Shown here piece by piece: positions 9,790 through 20,687 of a DNA stretch of 64,000 bases. The notes beneath the pieces are model-generated. The model ran no database searches. It was not told the origin of the DNA and saw only the letters and a program-made list of their open reading frames with translations. The number at the start of each line of letters is the position of its first letter. Position 1 is the first letter of the stretch. The position numbers were made by a program, and so were the translations under genes. The DNA is from a virus (taxonomy: Duplodnaviria; Caudoviricetes). Location of the stretch: the IMG/VR virus record IMGVR_UViG_2595698755_000001, positions 96,001 through 160,000 of that record. One strand, written 5' to 3'.

Positions 9790-10128
9790 TTATTTTTTAT
9801 TTAATTCTGATTTAGCTGATTCTTTCATTTCTTTAACCATTGCTTCAATCATTAAGTCGATTTCTTTTTCAGTCATCTTGATTTTCTTTTGTTGCATTAA
9901 TTTAAGTAATTCCATTTTAGCTACGTTTAATTTTTCGTCACCTTTAAGTTGTCCGTACATCTGCTCAACAGCAGTAACAACAATCTTAACTACTTCTTTA
10001 TTGTTTTCTACTTGTGCAACAAGACCTTTTTTCTTTAAGAAACTCATCAATGATTTAGTTGCTAAACCGACACATGCAGTTAATACTGCTACAATAAGAT
10101 TTACTAATTCCATTTGGATATTTTCCAT
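9790..10128 (-). CDS. Holin (LL-H family-like)
   Basis: One N-terminal TM helix; VTAVEQMY...GDEK...IEAMVKEMK. Confidence 0.8.
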   Translation of the reverse strand: MENIQMELVNLIVAVLTACVGLATKSLMSFLKKKGLVAQVENNKEVVKIVVTAVEQMYGQLKGDEKLNVAKMELLKLMQQKKIKMTEKEIDLMIEAMVKEMKESAKSELNKK

Positions 10129-10163
10129 TTGTCATTCTCCTTTTTAAAAATCAACCATACCTG

Positions 10164-10192
10164 TTGACAATATCAGACAGGCATGGTATAAT
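10164..10192 (+). promoter_or_regulatory. Consensus sigmaA promoter antisense to the lysis genes, embedded in an inverted repeat
   Basis: TTGACA-N17-TATAAT with extended TG, overlapping CCATACCTGT...ACAGGCATGG. Confidence 0.65.
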
Positions 10193-10200
10193 TAAGTTAA

Positions 10201-10521
10201 TTAAAATTTACCGTCTAAACGTTGGTTTAGTTCAGTAATTTTTTCTTGCAGTTGTTTATTCTCTAATGTTAGGTTGATGTTAACAGCTTGAAGCTGTTTG
10301 ATTTCCTCACGCAAGTTTTCAATTTCTTCTCTTTGTTCTTGCATCATCTGACGTAATTCAGCGATTAATTGGTATTGGTCTTTTGAGAGTTGCATTCTGT
10401 CATTAATTGCCAGTTCTTTTTTGTTTGTGTTTTTGGTTACAAAATATGTAATACCAGAACCGAGAAGGGTTGAGAGTGCTGTTAACAATCCTGCATCTGT
10501 GAATAATTGTAAGAAATCCAT
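10201..10521 (-). CDS. Membrane-anchored coiled-coil lysis-module protein (holin-like)
   Basis: N-terminal TM segment plus coiled coil, between endolysin and holin. Confidence 0.65.
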   Translation of the reverse strand: MDFLQLFTDAGLLTALSTLLGSGITYFVTKNTNKKELAINDRMQLSKDQYQLIAELRQMMQEQREEIENLREEIKQLQAVNINLTLENKQLQEKITELNQRLDGKF

Positions 10522-10590
10522 AATTGACTTCCTCCCCTATCTTTTTATGCAACCCCTTTTAATCAAGCCCTTTAACTCCATGACTAACTA

Positions 10591-11532
10591 TTAGTCTTGT
10601 ACGAAACGCACGAATGAAGAGTCGTTTTTAATCCATTGGTCGCCACCAAGATTTAACCAACCATCTTTCAATGCCCATACTTTATATGATTCTGGTGCAT
10701 TCAATTGACGGATTACTGAGTAACCTGTCCCTGCTCCAGAACGTAGGTTGACATTATATCCAGTGATATAAGCTGTACCTGTAACTGGTTTTGGTTGTGG
10801 TGCAGGTGTTGGAGCAATGCTTCCTCCACTAATAACTTGTAGATAGTTACCATTGTCACCATAAGCCCATTGGTCACCACCTAAGTTGTACCATCCGTTA
10901 GAAATTGCCCAAAACTCATATGTTTCACCATAACCTAGTTGACGGATGATTGGAGCACTTGCACTTGGTTGTGTACGTAGATTCAAACCTGTTGTAACTA
11001 CTTTTACAACGCCTGTTGTGCTAGTTGGTGGTTGAGTTGTACCTCCACCATTTAACTCTGTTTGTACAGCGTTAAGGAATGATTGCCATCTTCCTTCTGC
11101 AAGGATACGGTGTGGGCAATATTTCCCACTCCAATCTTGGTGCTTTTTAACTCGACTGATACCCCATCCACGCTCTCTTAAAAGTTGTGCTGTGAACTTA
11201 ACTGCTAAAGCTTCTGCTTTACGATATCTGTCTCCACCACTTAGAGAGTAGCAGATTTCAATTCCGATAGACTTCATATTACCGTTTCCAGTTCCATCTC
11301 CACAATGCCAAGCATTACGGTTTGTAGGGATACCTTGAACAACTTCGAAATCATCAACTGCAAAATGGAATGAAGTAGCATTACTGTTTGTAATCATGTA
11401 CTGCACCTCGTTATTCGCACTTGCATCATTGTAAGTATTGTGGATAGTAATGTATTCTGCTGTCATAGTGTTAGGACACTTTAAGCTGTACTTACTTGAA
11501 TCCACCAATTTTTGTCTTACTGAAATAGCCAT
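10591..11532 (-). CDS. Endolysin: N-acetylmuramoyl-L-alanine amidase (Amidase_2, XlyA/CwlA-like) with two SH3b-like domains
   Basis: ITIHNT, SFHFAVDD, AWHCGDG, SIGIEIC, KHQDWSGKYCPH; two LNLR...GWYNLGGDQW repeats. Confidence 0.95.
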   Translation of the reverse strand: MAISVRQKLVDSSKYSLKCPNTMTAEYITIHNTYNDASANNEVQYMITNSNATSFHFAVDDFEVVQGIPTNRNAWHCGDGTGNGNMKSIGIEICYSLSGGDRYRKAEALAVKFTAQLLRERGWGISRVKKHQDWSGKYCPHRILAEGRWQSFLNAVQTELNGGGTTQPPTSTTGVVKVVTTGLNLRTQPSASAPIIRQLGYGETYEFWAISNGWYNLGGDQWAYGDNGNYLQVISGGSIAPTPAPQPKPVTGTAYITGYNVNLRSGAGTGYSVIRQLNAPESYKVWALKDGWLNLGGDQWIKNDSSFVRFVQD

Positions 11533-11559
11533 GTAAAATTCCTCCTAATATTTAATAGA

Positions 11560-11595
11560 CCTGCTAGGTTAGACTCTCGCCTAGCAGGATTTTAT
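11560..11595 (+). terminator. GC-rich hairpin upstream of endolysin, with T-tract on the + side
   Basis: CCTGCTAGG-N11-CCTAGCAGG-ATTTTAT. Confidence 0.5.
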
Positions 11596-11606
11596 ATCAT
11601 TATTTT

Positions 11607-11759
11607 TTATTCTTTGTCAGTTTTAGATTCTGCATCTTCTAGAATCTGTTTCTCTAACTGTTTGATATAAGCAGACTTCATGATTAACTCATTCGTTAAT
11701 TCTGCCACCTTATCTTGATATTCTTTAATTACGATATTAATATCTAATTTTCCTTGCAT
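11607..11759 (-). CDS. Small coiled-coil protein (50 aa, below the ORF-track cutoff)
   Basis: MQGKLDINIVIKEYQDKVAELTNELIMKSAYIKQLEKQILEDAESKTDKE, with AGGAGG RBS. Confidence 0.75.
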   Translation of the reverse strand: MQGKLDINIVIKEYQDKVAELTNELIMKSAYIKQLEKQILEDAESKTDKE

Positions 11760-11781
11760 TTCCTTTTCCTCCTAATATTTT

Positions 11782-12279
11782 CTATTCCCACTTAACAGCA
11801 ACAATTGTTGCATGGTCTGTGGCATTCTTAACAATATTTGTTTTTTCATTGTATTTCATTAGTTGACTGAATTTGTGGTCAAATGCTTCATCTTGTACTG
11901 CTAACCATTCGGCTCTAGTATGTTCTAAATAATTCTCTAAATCTTCGACTCTCCATTGAACAGTTGTGATATCTGGCTTTCTAGATAATCTCTCTGCCAT
12001 CCCTAAAAAGTTGATTTGGTCTGCATCATTCAAACGATAGTGATGTCCATTTGTTGATGTGAATCCATTTTTGATTCCTAAATCACAAGATTCATCTAGT
12101 ATTCTAAATTTAATATCTTTGTGATATTTAAGGATTTGTGTAGGAGACACTTGCCAAACCGCACAATTCAATTTTGATGCTATTGCATTAACTAATGCAT
12201 TCTGATTTGTTAGAGTCATATTTTCTAACCCTACTAAAATTAATTCCTTCTCATAAATTGTCAAAGTATCAAATACCAT
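11782..12279 (-). CDS. Tail fibre assembly-type protein (DUF4376-like)
   Basis: GFTS...DADQINF...VQW...HTRAEW motif, directly downstream of the tail fibre gene. Confidence 0.65.
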   Translation of the reverse strand: MVFDTLTIYEKELILVGLENMTLTNQNALVNAIASKLNCAVWQVSPTQILKYHKDIKFRILDESCDLGIKNGFTSTNGHHYRLNDADQINFLGMAERLSRKPDITTVQWRVEDLENYLEHTRAEWLAVQDEAFDHKFSQLMKYNEKTNIVKNATDHATIVAVKWE

Positions 12280-12281
12280 AA

Positions 12282-14999
12282 TTATATTTCCCCTTTATTT
12301 GTTTTTAAAATTTGAATTTCCTTTTTAAGTTCTGCGATTTCTTGGTGAAAATATCTGATATCAATATCATGCTCTTGTAAACCTTTAAATGCTAGAGTAG
12401 ACATACCGTATGCATCAACTGTGTCCCCATTTGCCCCAACAAGAATTTTTGGTGCTTCTTCTGCAATAAGACCAATTTTAACTGTTCCATGTTCGTCTTC
12501 TTTATATGTATATGTTTTTGCTACTGTTGAGTTTATGACTTCCATTGCACTTTCTTCAAAGATTTCAATGTTATCTTTAAACTCTCTTGAGGATGCATTG
12601 TTTAAGTTTCCTGCAAGTTCACACCAGTTTGTGTTTCCAGAGTTTCTTGCTTCTAATCGTCCTGCTCCTGTGTACCATTTAAGGATACCTCCATCATTAC
12701 CAAACTGGATACATCTTCCTGTGTAATTCTCATGTGTATAAAATGAGATAAACTTATGACCATCATGATAAAAATCATGACCATTAGTATAAGAACGATA
12801 TTCTGTTGGCATAGTCGCTCCTTTGCCAATTGGAGTGATAAATCTAGTTCTACCATCTGCATCAAGAACACCCCAAGTATTACCACTACCTGCACCAGAT
12901 TGACCCCTAATATTTCCATAGCTATCGAAGTAAACTCCACCACTACTCAATGAGTATAAATCCCCTCCAAGTCGCAAGTTTGCTGTGCCTGTGAACTGAT
13001 AGAAGATATTGTAGTCATTCATTCTCATTGCGTAATCTAAAATACCAAAAGTGCTATAGTCGGCACTGTTTGTAGAACCTGCTGTTTTATTTGTTCGTAA
13101 GAAGTTTAATCCTTGACCTACTGATTGCACTGGACTGCTAAAGTAGATAGAGTTAACTCCCATGAAATCTGAACCACCTGCATGTAATCCCCATTTACCT
13201 TGTGCTATCCATTGGCTTCCTTTAAGTTTAACAACACCATCAACATCTAAATCTCCTGCAATCTCTAAAGCGTTGTTTGCAGATGTTGGGAACTTGTTAA
13301 TACCAAGCGTTTTCTTCTCCCAGTCAATGAAGAAGATTGGAGAACCTGCACTTACTGTTCTAGTAATTGTTGTCGTTCCTAGTTTATCAGTTACTTTAAT
13401 TTCTAATGTCCAAGCTTTAGTATTGTCTAAGTTCTTTGTCAATGTTGTACATGCATATGTAGGAACTGTATTAGCAAATACAAAGTTTTCCCATGCTGTA
13501 AATGTTCCACCGATTGTCTCTTTATATCTCAACTGAACTGATGATACAGCGTTCTTTCCATTTAGACTTGACATTGCACCACTACAAGGAATCGTAGTTG
13601 ATGTTTCAAAGTTGTTTCTACGAACAACATCTGATGTTACTGTTGGAAGTGAATATGGAAGAACTGTTACAGTCTTGGAAATTGACGTTGAAAGACCACG
13701 ACTATCAACTGCCTTTACAGTTAAAGTAGAATTTGCACCTGCACTTACTGTTCCAAAATCAAGTGTCATTGTTGCTGTGGCTGAGTGAGCAACCCTTTTC
13801 TCCACACCGTTTAATGTTGCTACATATTCAACCATACTTGAATAATCTTGTGCTGTTGCTTTGTTTCCTGTTAGGATTTCAACTTGAACTGTAGACTTTC
13901 CTTGAATAACATGTTGATTGTTAGTTGTAATAGCTACTGTTGTTGCATTCGTATCTTTATATGTATAGTTGCCTGCAAACACTGGTGGTCTTGCCTTAGC
14001 ACCTGCGTATGCAGTATACCCAGAAGCGATGTCTGCCCAAACCTGTGTGTTACCCCAGTATGATGTAACATATGCTTCACCATAACCAGATGTAGCATTT
14101 GGAATTTTTGCAAGCATTGCATTTACTTCTGCATCTGTCCAAGTAACAGTAGATGCACCTGCACTTACATTTGTTAATGTTTTAATTAGCGTACCGCCAA
14201 AGTAAAACTTAACTGTGTGTTTTAATTTGCCAAGATTACTAATATTAATCGGCAAGTTAGCACCAAAGGTGAAACTATTAAAGGTAATTACTCCACCACC
14301 GACATTGTAACAAGTTCCATAGTAATCCTTTTCACCAATGTATTGACCATACTTAAATGTCTGAACATTGATTCTTGTTTGTTTTGTTCCTGCTTTATTC
14401 AACTTCTGGAATATTAATTCAATCTCTCCATCTGTGAAGTCGAATCTACCACCTGTTGTGATACCGTTCAACTCTTTGATTTGTGTGCCATCAACCCAGA
14501 GTCTAACCTTATGGTCAAACTCTGATGATGCTCTTGCAATCGCAAAATCATGTGAATATCCAACTGTGAAATCTGGTGCAGTCGTTAATGATGATGCACG
14601 TGGAATTGTATCTAGAGTCACTGTTTGACTTGTGTTTACTGATGCTACGTAAGAGCCATTCAGAGTAACCGCAATGTCAAATACACCTCTAATATCTAAC
14701 GATTTCGTACCATCCGAATTATGAGGAACTACAACCTCATGCCAAAAGATAAATTTCTTTTGGTTACCACTAAGTGAAGCAAGACCTGCACCACTACCAC
14801 CAGAGAACGCTCCATTAATCGTTAGTGAAACGTTTTTAGTTGCACTAGAGTTAATAGTCCAAGACGAACCTTTACTGATTAAGTAAAGGTCTGCCCGAAC
14901 TGTGCTTGTATTATTGGCAATATTTTGTGATGCCCACCAATCAACTTGTAAGCGATATCCACCACTAAAATCTGTACCAAAACTTCCGCTTAAAGCCAT
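12282..14999 (-). CDS. Tail fibre/receptor-binding protein (DUF859-like N-terminus, C-terminal S74 intramolecular chaperone)
   Basis: SQNIANNTSTV...VPHNSDGTK...LDTIPRASS; C-terminal SSREFKDNI...IGLIAEE. Confidence 0.85.
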   Translation of the reverse strand: MALSGSFGTDFSGGYRLQVDWWASQNIANNTSTVRADLYLISKGSSWTINSSATKNVSLTINGAFSGGSGAGLASLSGNQKKFIFWHEVVVPHNSDGTKSLDIRGVFDIAVTLNGSYVASVNTSQTVTLDTIPRASSLTTAPDFTVGYSHDFAIARASSEFDHKVRLWVDGTQIKELNGITTGGRFDFTDGEIELIFQKLNKAGTKQTRINVQTFKYGQYIGEKDYYGTCYNVGGGVITFNSFTFGANLPINISNLGKLKHTVKFYFGGTLIKTLTNVSAGASTVTWTDAEVNAMLAKIPNATSGYGEAYVTSYWGNTQVWADIASGYTAYAGAKARPPVFAGNYTYKDTNATTVAITTNNQHVIQGKSTVQVEILTGNKATAQDYSSMVEYVATLNGVEKRVAHSATATMTLDFGTVSAGANSTLTVKAVDSRGLSTSISKTVTVLPYSLPTVTSDVVRRNNFETSTTIPCSGAMSSLNGKNAVSSVQLRYKETIGGTFTAWENFVFANTVPTYACTTLTKNLDNTKAWTLEIKVTDKLGTTTITRTVSAGSPIFFIDWEKKTLGINKFPTSANNALEIAGDLDVDGVVKLKGSQWIAQGKWGLHAGGSDFMGVNSIYFSSPVQSVGQGLNFLRTNKTAGSTNSADYSTFGILDYAMRMNDYNIFYQFTGTANLRLGGDLYSLSSGGVYFDSYGNIRGQSGAGSGNTWGVLDADGRTRFITPIGKGATMPTEYRSYTNGHDFYHDGHKFISFYTHENYTGRCIQFGNDGGILKWYTGAGRLEARNSGNTNWCELAGNLNNASSREFKDNIEIFEESAMEVINSTVAKTYTYKEDEHGTVKIGLIAEEAPKILVGANGDTVDAYGMSTLAFKGLQEHDIDIRYFHQEIAELKKEIQILKTNKGEI

Positions 15000-15022
15000 T
15001 TATATCTTCTCCTTTTTCTCTA

Positions 15023-18000
15023 TTAATCTAGATTTTGAACGAATGCCCAACCTTTATTTGAAGTGGATTCAATTTTAATAATCTTAATTCCACCCATCGT
15101 AAATTCATCTTTTGCTCTGAATTTTTTAGAAACTGTTTCATCTTCTTGAAGATAGAATACTTTTTCATATGTTCCGTCACCATCTAAATCATAGTAACCT
15201 GCAAATTCTTGAGGTGTGATTTGTGTATAACCTCTATCTACTCCATTAACAATCTGAGAAACTTTAATACCGTTCATATCCATACGAATATTAGTATTGT
15301 ATATTTCACCCGTAGCCATTGACCATTGAAGAGGTACGTCACCAATATTGAACATCAATCCAGAAACAGTTGCATCTGCTAATTTTTCTGCGTAAATTCG
15401 AATCGTTACTACGTTGGATTTAGGTGTATAAACATAGCTATTCTTTTCAAATCCTTTTGTTGTAAATTCACTATTATACTTATAGCTTGCTAAAGTTGTA
15501 GCACCTTCCAAAATTTGCACCCACATTACACCATCATTGTTTGTTGATGGAGATGCATTTGTTTTATTCATATACCATGATAATGTATATGGTTGACCTG
15601 CTGTTACATAAACATCTTGCTTAATATGACTAGCACCTGCTGATGGGAAGAAGTAGAATCCTTTACCAAACCCTAAAGAATCTAGTGCATTATTCCCTAC
15701 AGTTTTCATGTATGTTGGTGAAACCTGTGACCAAAAACTAAAGTCTGCATATCCAACAGAGTTTTTAATTAAGTTTACTCCACCTCCTGCTTGGAATTTC
15801 GTAGTAATGTCATTGATGGTTTGTGTCATTTCTGATTTCACTACGAATGGTGTAAAGTCAATACTACCAACTTTTTCATCTGCATATTTATTAGCATCTT
15901 GTTTTGCTTGGTCTAGCTGTCCAGTTGTTGCATATCCCTTTAAGTCTTCTGAGTTAGCTTTAGCGCCTAAATCATTCTTGTAAGAAGTAGATTGTGTAAC
16001 TGTGTTGATAATGGCATTATCTGTAATCTTCTCTTCTGCTGATGAAACTCTGTCTGCAAGATTGTACAAGAATGAATCTGTATCCTCTGGAGCAGGTGTC
16101 CAATCTGTGTATCGTGTTCCTTCTTCAATCTTTACATTTCTAACCCACATTGAACCTTCCATCGTGCTGAAATATCCATATACATATAATGATAACGCTT
16201 TTGTTAAATCCCATTTATTGTTAATTGTAAATGTATGATATTTTCTTTCCCATACATTAGCAATCGTACAAGGCTGTAAATTCCATTGATATCCAAAGAA
16301 TCCTTGTGTTGCGTTTCCTGTCTCATAGTGATGGAATCCAACGTTTACGACCATTCCTACTGTGTCTGCCATTGCTTCAAGACTAATAGTGTAAGTTTTC
16401 CCAACTGCTAAACTCTGACAGAATGGGTCTGTTAACAGTATACTGTTAGACATCCCTAACCATCTGTGAAGACCACTGACATTAGGAGTTACAGATGTAT
16501 CAACTAAATTGCTATTTCTATCTATAAGTTCTAACACAGGATATCCAAATTTATCAACATTTAGATGAGCATGATATCCTTGTGTTGGGAATGGTTTAAC
16601 TCCTGCGTTATATCCATTACTCCACCATCCATCGGGTACGATGTTACCGTTTAAATCTTTATCCCATCCTAAAGTATCATTTGTTTTATATTTAGCAAAA
16701 TTTGAATTTCTTAAAAGATTTCTCATACCGAACTGTACAGCATTTAAAATTGCTCTCTCTAAGATTACTTTTTTATCATTATAGTCTTTAAAATAACTAC
16801 GCATGATAGTTGTAGTCTTAGGTTCAATAGATGCTGTTAATGTTGTTGTCGTTGTTAAGTCTGACAAGTGAGGTGTTAAAGATGATGTTAATTTATTATA
16901 TGCAGTGATATATGCATCTTTTTCTGTAGTCACACCATACTCATTTGCTTTTGCTTCATATGTTGCTTTTTCTGCAATAATCATATCAATTTCAGTTTTA
17001 AGAGTTTTCTTTTCTACTGGTGTAATCTTATCATCTGCAACAATGTTGTCAAATGATACTTGTGATTCATAAGCTTTGATTTCTTCTGATGTTGCAGGTC
17101 TTGAAATTACAGAATCAATATAAATTGTCTTTGCAGGTTTAGTTGCATCAAATGCACCATAACTACCCATAGCATACAATCTATATCCACCAAAGTCTGA
17201 CAATGCACCAACTTTGAACACTGTAGAAACTGTGTACCACTTATTCAATGTTGGACTTGCTACTGCATCTGAAAACTTGAATCTACCTTCGAATGCACTT
17301 TGTGCTCCATCGGCTTTTAAGTATCTAAATAGAATACCTGCACCATTGATAGAACCACTTTCTAATTTGAATGTTGACTCGACATACATATACTGGTAAT
17401 ATGGTTTATTTAAGTATCCGTCACCGCTTAAATAGCTTTCTGCTCCTAGAGCATTTGTATATTTAACTGATTTACCATTACCATTTTCTGATGCCACTTT
17501 TACGACTGCTGTTCCGACATTACCATTGAATCCAACAGGATATGTTCCTGTCCAATCAGCAAAGTTGTAGTTTTTATTAATATATGCAGATTCACTAGAA
17601 GTTGCTTTGTCAATACTTTCTCCAACTTTACTTGTAAATGTTTGATGACTCGTTACTGTAGATGTGATATTATCTGGTTGAACTGCAAATTCAGTTTTAT
17701 AGATTTTCTGTTCTAAATCGAATGGTGAAACAGACCAATCACTTGCTCTATTACCAAATTCAATTTTAATACCTGTAGTCCAGAACTCACCTGTACATCC
17801 TTCTAATCCATGTTTAAATGAAATCTTAGTAAGTTTTGTTGCATTTGAAGGTAGTGACAGTTTAACTGTTGCACTGTATTTCACCCATGTCATATTAGTT
17901 CCTGTAATGTATGTGCTTTCACCAATTGTATTTGATGCAGTGAATCTAGGATATCTATAAAATTTTTGAGCACTAGCATTTTCACCTTCAATGATTAACT

Positions 18001-19453
18001 CGCCAAATCTACCTGCTTGATAACTGTTAGCACCTTGTACAATATTCTGATATTTTAACCAGAATTGAATAGTTACTTCTCTGTCTACTAACTCTTCACA
18101 AGCTTTTCCACTCCATAATTGAGGGCTGAAAATACCACCGTTAGCCCCTACAGGTGTATTGTTTTTTACATGATATGCAAACTTAAAAGGTGGGGCTTCT
18201 GCTGAGATATCAACAATTTCTTTAACACTACCTGAACTACTATTAGAAGAATACGAATCTTTCCATAATCCTTCTGTCAAAGGAATTTCAAAATTACCAT
18301 TACTAGCATGATTCATTTTTACTGGATTATAACTTTCATCACTTGTTACCTGTGATGTATAAGTAGCTAAATCATTTAATGCATTATACAGATTCAACCA
18401 GTTAGTTCTAAATGTTGCTTTTGCAACTGTAATAACTTTATCTTTATTTCCTATAGAGACATCCCAAGGTCTTAAAGTAGCATTTGATGCATCCTTTAAT
18501 CCTTCAAGATAATTCTTTAAAGTTGTATATGTACTTTCTACTGTTGTATATTTTATGTGAGTCGAAGGAATACCTACTTGGATTGCTTGTCTTCGAACAG
18601 TGAAAACTAAACCCTTACCACTTGAATCTAAAGTTCCAATTGCAGGTAAAGTTCCTGTGTCTGTAGTTGAAATTCCGATAAGACCTTCAACTTTCTCTTT
18701 AATTACTTGTCTCTCATTGTAATCAAGTAAGTTGTCGTTCGCCATGTTCCCTAAAGTTTCAGTGATATCTACAATAACTTCATGAGCATCTTCTGGTGCA
18801 GGTTGCCAATCTAAAGGAATATTTCCCTCTGTTAACTGGATGTTTTTCATCCACCATGTTTCGGGCATTGGACTTTTATAAATGAATGGTGTGAATAAAT
18901 ATGAAACTCCATCATTCTTTACTTTGAATCTTAAAATAATCTTGTGCCATTTATTAGCAACAAGTGTTCTTTGACCACCATCTACAGATATAAATCCATC
19001 AATACCTGTTTGACCAGTTAACCCAGAAACAGCAACCCATTCATGTAGTGGTGTACTTGAACTTAATACCATATCTGTATCAAACATAATTTCCGTACTA
19101 TATACATATTCCTTGCCATTATTAACAGGAACACTTACAGTACCTTTTACCGAACCTGTAGCGGATAAACAAGGGAATCCATCCTTGTTAACAACGTTAA
19201 GATTCGTACCGCCATTGTTTGTAGTCCAACCATTTGTAGTAACGAATAGACCACTATATCTTAGTAAGTTTCTTCCACCCACTAAAACATTTGATGATTT
19301 TTGCCAATCACCATTTTGATAGACATACAATTGCGCTTCTGTTGTACTCCACCATAATTGACCCTCTACTGGGTTTGATGGTTTAGTTGCAGAAACAAGA
19401 ACATCGTTCATATCTACTAAGGTCATCTGACCTGTACCAACAATATTTGGCAT
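15023..19453 (-). CDS. Large tail fibre protein with several carbohydrate-binding-like modules
   Basis: Repeated GGRNLL...EGN..DWxPAPED modules; P...G.LW N-terminus. Confidence 0.8.
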   Translation of the reverse strand: MPNIVGTGQMTLVDMNDVLVSATKPSNPVEGQLWWSTTEAQLYVYQNGDWQKSSNVLVGGRNLLRYSGLFVTTNGWTTNNGGTNLNVVNKDGFPCLSATGSVKGTVSVPVNNGKEYVYSTEIMFDTDMVLSSSTPLHEWVAVSGLTGQTGIDGFISVDGGQRTLVANKWHKIILRFKVKNDGVSYLFTPFIYKSPMPETWWMKNIQLTEGNIPLDWQPAPEDAHEVIVDITETLGNMANDNLLDYNERQVIKEKVEGLIGISTTDTGTLPAIGTLDSSGKGLVFTVRRQAIQVGIPSTHIKYTTVESTYTTLKNYLEGLKDASNATLRPWDVSIGNKDKVITVAKATFRTNWLNLYNALNDLATYTSQVTSDESYNPVKMNHASNGNFEIPLTEGLWKDSYSSNSSSGSVKEIVDISAEAPPFKFAYHVKNNTPVGANGGIFSPQLWSGKACEELVDREVTIQFWLKYQNIVQGANSYQAGRFGELIIEGENASAQKFYRYPRFTASNTIGESTYITGTNMTWVKYSATVKLSLPSNATKLTKISFKHGLEGCTGEFWTTGIKIEFGNRASDWSVSPFDLEQKIYKTEFAVQPDNITSTVTSHQTFTSKVGESIDKATSSESAYINKNYNFADWTGTYPVGFNGNVGTAVVKVASENGNGKSVKYTNALGAESYLSGDGYLNKPYYQYMYVESTFKLESGSINGAGILFRYLKADGAQSAFEGRFKFSDAVASPTLNKWYTVSTVFKVGALSDFGGYRLYAMGSYGAFDATKPAKTIYIDSVISRPATSEEIKAYESQVSFDNIVADDKITPVEKKTLKTEIDMIIAEKATYEAKANEYGVTTEKDAYITAYNKLTSSLTPHLSDLTTTTTLTASIEPKTTTIMRSYFKDYNDKKVILERAILNAVQFGMRNLLRNSNFAKYKTNDTLGWDKDLNGNIVPDGWWSNGYNAGVKPFPTQGYHAHLNVDKFGYPVLELIDRNSNLVDTSVTPNVSGLHRWLGMSNSILLTDPFCQSLAVGKTYTISLEAMADTVGMVVNVGFHHYETGNATQGFFGYQWNLQPCTIANVWERKYHTFTINNKWDLTKALSLYVYGYFSTMEGSMWVRNVKIEEGTRYTDWTPAPEDTDSFLYNLADRVSSAEEKITDNAIINTVTQSTSYKNDLGAKANSEDLKGYATTGQLDQAKQDANKYADEKVGSIDFTPFVVKSEMTQTINDITTKFQAGGGVNLIKNSVGYADFSFWSQVSPTYMKTVGNNALDSLGFGKGFYFFPSAGASHIKQDVYVTAGQPYTLSWYMNKTNASPSTNNDGVMWVQILEGATTLASYKYNSEFTTKGFEKNSYVYTPKSNVVTIRIYAEKLADATVSGLMFNIGDVPLQWSMATGEIYNTNIRMDMNGIKVSQIVNGVDRGYTQITPQEFAGYYDLDGDGTYEKVFYLQEDETVSKKFRAKDEFTMGGIKIIKIESTSNKGWAFVQNLD

Positions 19454-19531
19454 TTAAATCCACTCCTAATTTCCTTTTATCCAAACAAAGAGTCTTACTA
19501 AACGCAAGACTCTTAAACTTTCCATATTTTT

Positions 19532-19560
19532 ATTATACCATTATTTTTGATTTTTGTCAA
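19532..19560 (-). promoter_or_regulatory. sigmaA-type promoter within tail module
   Basis: TTGACA-N17-TATAAT with extended TG, followed by the hairpin at 19488-19514. Confidence 0.75.
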
Positions 19561-19573
19561 ATAATATGTTATA

Positions 19574-20668
19574 TTATTTAGAAACTTCGCAAATAATATT
19601 TCCACGAACTGTAACATCTGCTCCATCAACAGTAATTGTTTTTCCTGTCTTGCTTCCAGTAGTATTCCAGTTTGCGATTTTGACATTATTATTGTCATAT
19701 AGATACCATGTGTATGTATATCCACCTGTACCTGCTGAGTCAATTTCTGCCCCACCTTGATAGATTTTAGCAGTTAGACTTGTAGTACCTACTCCATTTT
19801 TGAATGTGTTAATACCAACGATAGTAACCATGAATGGGTCTGATACGTCAATCACTGTACAAACATCTGCATATTTTTTAGTGCTGTAAGTCGCTACACA
19901 TTTGAATGATTCAACGTTTATGATTGCAGAAGCAGGAATTGTAATTGTTGCAGTTGTATAGCCAGTAACACCGTTAGCTGTCGCTGTATCCTTCATCAAC
20001 TTCCATCCGTTACCTCCATCTGCATCTCCACCAACAGTAGTTGTAGCTGTTGGGTCTTGGAAGTACCATTTGTATGTAACACCTGCTGATTGAACTGCTG
20101 AACCAACATATAAGTCACATGTTGCCTTTAAAGTACCATTAGCATTTTTAATAGTATTACCATCTGGTGTCCATACTGTAGCACGAATAGCATCTTGACC
20201 ATTTGTACCGTTAGTACCATTTGTACCATTCGTAATCTTAACAATCTCATATTCCGCTTTACTTGTTACTGTGAATCCTGTATCAGTATCTAAGAATTGC
20301 ATTTCACAAATATAAGTCATAGAGTTGTTGGATGCTAGAACGTTCCCTTTAATTGTAAGAGTTTTAGGTGTCCCAGTTCCTAAAGTGTAGTCTGTTGTAC
20401 TTGCTGTGATTTCAGTTGGTGTCCCAGTTGAATTAGTTTGTACGAACCATTTTGTAGAAGTAGCTTGGTTTGCCACATCTGTATTTGTTCCTGCTACGAA
20501 TAATTGCGGTGTCAAAACGTTATTCGCTGTTGTATAGTTAGGAACATATGTTGCTCCATTTGGATTATAAATTACTTGTCTTTGTTGCGATGAACCAATG
20601 AACATAATCAACTGCTTACTATCATTTAAATCCACCAATGTAAGTTGTCCACTTGCAACTATTGCCAT
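19574..20668 (-). CDS. Minor tail/baseplate protein
   Basis: MAIVASGQLTLVDLND N-terminus, GTNGTNG collagen-like triplets, Ig-like C-terminus. Confidence 0.75.
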   Translation of the reverse strand: MAIVASGQLTLVDLNDSKQLIMFIGSSQQRQVIYNPNGATYVPNYTTANNVLTPQLFVAGTNTDVANQATSTKWFVQTNSTGTPTEITASTTDYTLGTGTPKTLTIKGNVLASNNSMTYICEMQFLDTDTGFTVTSKAEYEIVKITNGTNGTNGTNGQDAIRATVWTPDGNTIKNANGTLKATCDLYVGSAVQSAGVTYKWYFQDPTATTTVGGDADGGNGWKLMKDTATANGVTGYTTATITIPASAIINVESFKCVATYSTKKYADVCTVIDVSDPFMVTIVGINTFKNGVGTTSLTAKIYQGGAEIDSAGTGGYTYTWYLYDNNNVKIANWNTTGSKTGKTITVDGADVTVRGNIICEVSK

Positions 20669-20687
20669 TTCAAATCATTCCTTTTTC

